NCBI GenBank assembly: GCA_001662655.1
Contig: KV460236.1
Strand: one strand, 5' to 3'
Length of the DNA stretch: 64,000 nt
Source of the DNA: Pseudogymnoascus verrucosus
Taxonomy: Eukaryota
A program made the position numbers and the translations under genes. Below the pieces are notes generated by a model. The model saw nothing but the letters and a program-made list of their open reading frames with translations. It was not told where the DNA came from and did no database searches. This document shows positions 59,253-64,000 of the stretch, in pieces (positions within the stretch are counted from its first letter, which is position 1; each line of letters starts with the position of its first letter).

Positions 59253-62200
59253 GCTTGGGTATGATGAGAACGAGAGTTGAGAGTCATAGAAGCTGAGATG
59301 AGAATGGGGAATGGGAATGATAATTTATTTGCCGCGCCGGGTTAGCGAAGCATGTCTGTATGTATTGAGCGATGAATCGGAGATGGGGTGGAGGGGGGGG
59401 GAGACGGCTTGTATAAGTATGATACCTATTACAACCAGGGATTTTCTGTGTATATAGAGCATCTTTTTATATATATAATAAGAAGAGAGATGTTTACTCA
59501 GCAATGACATCCAATCATCGACAAACCCTCCATATCTCAGACAAACTCTGGCACAGCGTTTCAGACTGAGCGACAAATAGATCTATATACGTGGTCTGGC
59601 CAGTTTTTATTTACCCCGCCGTCGATAAGATGAGATGTGGCGGGGTGGTTAAACTCTAAAACGGCGAGATGACAGCCCAGCCCCCTCGATCTTACGGGAG
59701 GATTCAAACGCGTGCTGACCGGCCGGCGGTAAGCTATGGGAAAAGAAAGAAAGGAAGGAAGGAATGGTTCATGGTGTTTCCACGGGTGTATTTTTGCGCG
59801 TGTGTTTATCCTCGAAACCACCTCCTCTGCATAACCATATAATCTTGGGGCCAACGCCACATGCGCGTCAGCGCAATAGTTCTGGACCGCCGGTTCGGGC
59901 GCGGGGTGCATGGTATGGTATGATTCATGGACGGATGAATAGAACCGTGTTTTGCAACTATGAGACGGCGGGATGGTAAGCCAGAGCGGGAGGGGAGAGT
60001 GCCTGTCTGTCTTCCTACCTGTTTGCCGGTTGTTACACAGACAACACGTACGTACGTACATACAGCTGTAGAGTAGGAATACTTGGTAGGAATATGGTAG
60101 GAATATGGTAGGAATATTTTAAGAACACCTAAGATAAGTAAGCTGAGGCGACAGGATTAGAGACATTCTAGACGTCGTACCCGCGCCCGTTCGCCTTGTT
60201 GGGCGGCGCTGAAGAAGGCTTACTTGCCACTGGAGATGTTTGAGACGTCTTACTGGTATTGGAAGAGTTGAAGAAGGGAAGACAGCCAGTCGCTCGCTGT
60301 TGAAGAAGTGTGAACGGGCCAGCCAGCCTACCCGTCAGTCAGACAGTCGGGTCGGCTTACTTACCATTCCCGTCGCGCCGGTGAAGAAATGCTACCCTGC
60401 AATTCACTCACTCAGACAAGACAGGCGGGTTACTTGCCATTCCCGTCGCTGGTGAGGAGGAATGGCTGGCTAAGGGTTCAAGTCTTACTTACTTCTATTG
60501 CTTCTACTGCTGCTGCTACTGTACATACATGCATACATTCATGTCAAGCCGGGTTTGGTTTGCCCATCCATCCTCCTCTAGACCTTGCTTACAGTAATTT
60601 AGGTAGGATCAGGTTGCGGGGGAGTACAGATATCCATGTTCCTGTTTATGCAACTATAAACACGATCCATGGTTATTCCTACTGTTTCGTACTGTTCGTA
60701 TTCATACGTACCATTCGTACCCTCCTACCATCGTATGTTGTTATATGTTTAGAACCCGCTTCCTTGACCTTAACCTGAGCCCCTCACTAGTTCGTCGGCG
60801 GCGTTTAATTGGTACATTTACGCCGAATTTATGAAATTCCCGACAGAGAAAGAGGGGATGTGCCCGTTAATCTAGTTAGTTAGTTAGTTAGTTCCTTTTT
60901 ACGGGAAATAGAGAGAAAGGGCAAGGAGACGGAGATGTGCCGTTTTTTAATCCCCTTAGCGGCGGAAGGAAAGAATATCCTTAATCTGCGGCCGGCATCG
61001 TCGCTCTGGTTTGCCGCGGCCGCCGGAACGTCAGGTCAGGTTGGGTCGGGTCAGGGTAGGGGGAGGGGAGGAGGGGGAGGGATGGGAGGGAAGAAGTAGG
61101 GTGAGGGATTAGTTTTATGGCGTGTGTTGTTGTGTGTGTTGGCTATACTACTACTACTACTTACTTACTGTATACTTCCGTTACTACCTACTACTAATTA
61201 CTACTGGTACTGGCTGAAGAATGTATTGAACTGGGGTGCACAGACTGCCGCTGGAGCGCCGGCCGTGGATCTACCCTCATCTCATCTCACAGGCCACATC
61301 GGTCGTTTGACTTTGACACTATGACGATATGACGAGGTTGTTGTAGGGCGTGTTGTGTAGGGTGCATACGGGAAGGGAGGGGAGAGTGCTGGGCTAGGCT
61401 GGGGCTGTACGGAGCTGGAAGGAGCTGGATGGATGGAGTACTGTATGCCAAACGGGGATGATTTTATTTTTCTAGGCGCCAACAGCCAAAATAAAATAGA
61501 GGAATCAACTACAAACCACACTGCTACAGAATTAAATAAAAATTAAGAAATAATTCCCGTGAAATAAAATCCCTTTTTTCCCCCCCTCTTACCAATTGCC
61601 AACCGTTATTTCCATCCATCCAGTAGACTACTACATAATAAAGTCCGCGGCTTGGCTACTTACTTGGTTTATATGGAGTTTTTCCTGACCTAGCCGAGTT
61701 ACGGGTGTGGTATGTGGGTGTATGTGGGAAAAGAAAGAAGGCAGCCCAGCGAAATTTGTTTAGCACGGCCGGGCTAATATTTTTGTGAACCACATTATTC
61801 CAGATCAACAACCCAAAAAGAACACAACCTTTTAGCCCTACCAACCAACCTGAGACCTTCCTCCACCTTCCCTCTCCCAAGTCACCTTTTTCCTAAACTT
61901 CCCTCTCTCTACCTCTAAACATCTGGGTTTAACTGGGTGTTTGTTTGGGTCGACATTCTTTGAACAGCCAGCGACAAGAAAAGACAAAAGGTTCCTTCGC
62001 CCAGCGATCGACCACCTCTCGACTTTTTGTGTTCTCTCCCGTGTCTCCGCTTGTGAAAGCAGCAGCAGAGCACACAGCAAGCAAGTCCATACGTGCCGAA
62101 CCTCCAACCTCACCAAACCTTGGAAACTTTCCCCCCCATTCGATCACCAAAACACCCACCGACTCTGCCGCCAGATTCATCCTGTTCATAATTCACCCTC

Positions 62201-62945
62201 TGGCTGCAAGGTGAACATTCACGAGGTTCGCTTCCCTTGTACCCCACAGCCCCAAACGGCCCTCTTCTTTTTCGCGCCACTCGTGATCCATCCATCCATC
62301 CATCCCTCCAACAAACTATTTGTCCACCACCACCACCACCACCTCCATCCAGCCCAACAACAATTGATGCTAACTACCTTGACCTTACAGAGTCCATCTT
62401 TACCAATCGATTCCCACTTAGCCCATTTCGCCCTCGCGAGCACGAGTTCCAGCGCTGGGGCCCATTGCATTTCGCAACCCACACTTTTCATCGCTCGCGC
62501 TCTGGTTTCGCGGCGGGATTTCAGATCGTGACAACCTAACCACAAGAGTCCACAGACGACGACCGACTTCTACACCGATACAACTCGACTCTGGTCGATT
62601 CTCGAAGAGGTCTCACTCAGGTTACACCTGTTCTTCTGGGCACTTCCGATCACCCGATCTCTCTCTCTCTCTCTACAATTGTGGCTTGAACTCTTAACCA
62701 GAACAAGTTGCAAGGCATAACTTTTTTTCTCGGTGAATCGACAACACGAATCCTGAGAGGCAATCGTACGTGCCGTGCGGGGAGGTCTAGCAACACCTCT
62801 CCGCTCATCCACCTTTGGAGGTGCTGAACTTCTTTCAGCCGTAATAGCGGAAGACCCCGATACCCAAGCATTTTCGCCCTCGGAAATCGCTTCTACTCCC
62901 AAAAGTCTTTTTTTCGACCACCCACCACACACACACATCTACACG

Positions 62946-64000
62946 ATGACTACCACAGCAACAACAAGAGAGTCGGCCGCGGCTTTCTCATACGCGCAGG
63001 CTGCAAAAGGTCGCGCTGCGGCGAACGCCTCGCTGCTCTCAAGTCAGAATACCTCGGGCACAAACACACCATCGAAAGATATGAGCCTGTCCGTTGAGTC
63101 CTCGCTGGACTTCAGCAATACCGCAGCCACGTCTGATGCTGATCGGAGCACCAACGGTGACGCCGATGTCAAGGTTCCCGGAACCCTAGCCAGCTCGACC
63201 ACTGCGTCCTTCCAGAACTCGGTCCCCACATCGCCGAGCTACGGGACCGCTTCGACATCAACACTTCCCCGCGAGGAGGAGGCTGCTGCTGCACCGAAGC
63301 TGTCGGACTCGCCATGGGACCGACTAGCCGCGTCCGAGACCGTCTCTGAGAAGCCAGAGGGCGATCGACGAAAGACGAGGAAAGGAAAGAAGGACAAGAA
63401 CGCCGACAAGGATGCCGAGAAAGAGAAGGAGGAGCCAAAGCCAGCGGAGATCCTGGTTGCAGCACCACCGCCTGCCGTAAATTTCTGGCAGCAGCGCATG
63501 GCCTCGAAGCCAGCGTCCGAGGAGCCCACAGCGGCCGAGGCGTCGACTGAGGTGAAGCCCGCCGAGAAGAGGAAACCCAAGGCCGATGAGGGCGAGAAGT
63601 CCGCTGGCCCGAGCCAGAACGGAACTGCACGAGAGACCAAGGGTCAGAAGAAGAACGGCGAGTCGTCCAGGGGGAAGGAGGATTACAACAAGAGATCTGC
63701 CCCGCGAGGAAGCCGAGTAGGCGACAAAGACGAGAAGGCTGCTGCGAACCAGCTGCCACCGCCCGTTGGAGACGCCGTTTCATGGCCTACCCCGGAGACT
63801 GCTCTGGAGGAGGAGAAGCGCAAGGCGCAGGAGAAGATTGATAAGGATGAGAAGGACGCTGAGTCCAGCGCGAATAAGCAGCCGAGGCAGAAGGAGAAGT
63901 GGGTTAGCGTGCCGTATACACCATCCGTCACTTTCAACACCCCGCTGCCAGCTCGTGGAGCTAGAGGCCGTGCGGGACGTCCTGCTGGTCGCGATGGCGG
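62946..64000 (+). CDS. La-related RNA-binding protein (LARP1/Sro9/Slf1-like), N-terminal part; runs off the right edge
   Basis: Open frame from ATG 62946 with FSYAQAAKG, APPPAVNFWQQR, PPPVGDAVSWPTPE and KEKWVSVPYTP.V.FNTPLP motifs seen upstream of the La motif in fungal LARP1 proteins. The La domain itself is not in the window. Confidence 0.8.
   Translation, partial: MTTTATTRESAAAFSYAQAAKGRAAANASLLSSQNTSGTNTPSKDMSLSVESSLDFSNTAATSDADRSTNGDADVKVPGTLASSTTASFQNSVPTSPSYGTASTSTLPREEEAAAAPKLSDSPWDRLAASETVSEKPEGDRRKTRKGKKDKNADKDAEKEKEEPKPAEILVAAPPPAVNFWQQRMASKPASEEPTAAEASTEVKPAEKRKPKADEGEKSAGPSQNGTARETKGQKKNGESSRGKEDYNKRSAPRGSRVGDKDEKAAANQLPPPVGDAVSWPTPETALEEEKRKAQEKIDKDEKDAESSANKQPRQKEKWVSVPYTPSVTFNTPLPARGARGRAGRPAGRDG

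Overview
Eukaryotic genomic DNA from a filamentous ascomycete; short GT-AG introns, RIP-type damage and the protein sequences suggest a leotiomycete such as Pseudogymnoascus (inference only). The two ends are gene-dense with housekeeping genes: VPS26 (partial), cyanamide hydratase, amino-acid permease, PRP5, an HMG-box protein, CLF1, tRNA-Val(UAC), a Zn-finger/GST fusion, acetate kinase, PRP31, NUP84, CMC4, SMT3, a conserved hypothetical, a PAP2 phosphatase, an Rtg3/MiT-like bHLH factor, SFT2 and a partial La-motif LARP1/Sro9-like gene. The centre holds an Nrg1/CSP-1-like C2H2 repressor with a ~12.5 kb gene-free upstream region, followed by a RIP-inactivated hAT transposon with TIRs and an 8-bp TSD. 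The most unusual unexplained structure is a ~1.65 kb array of 14 degenerate repeat units at 33395-35030. Its modules are RCCGGAT, GTGAGGTGC, YTGATTTAC, a CCCCT..AGGGG stem with variable loop, and CAG|GTAC; the central units read like back-to-back introns. Other points of note: three exactly 54-nt, in-frame, stop-free introns in PRP5; three spliceosome genes within 15 kb; a WRKY/GCM1-like finger fused to GST; and a repeated C-rich to G-rich switch inside exons. All calls were made by eye with no database searches.
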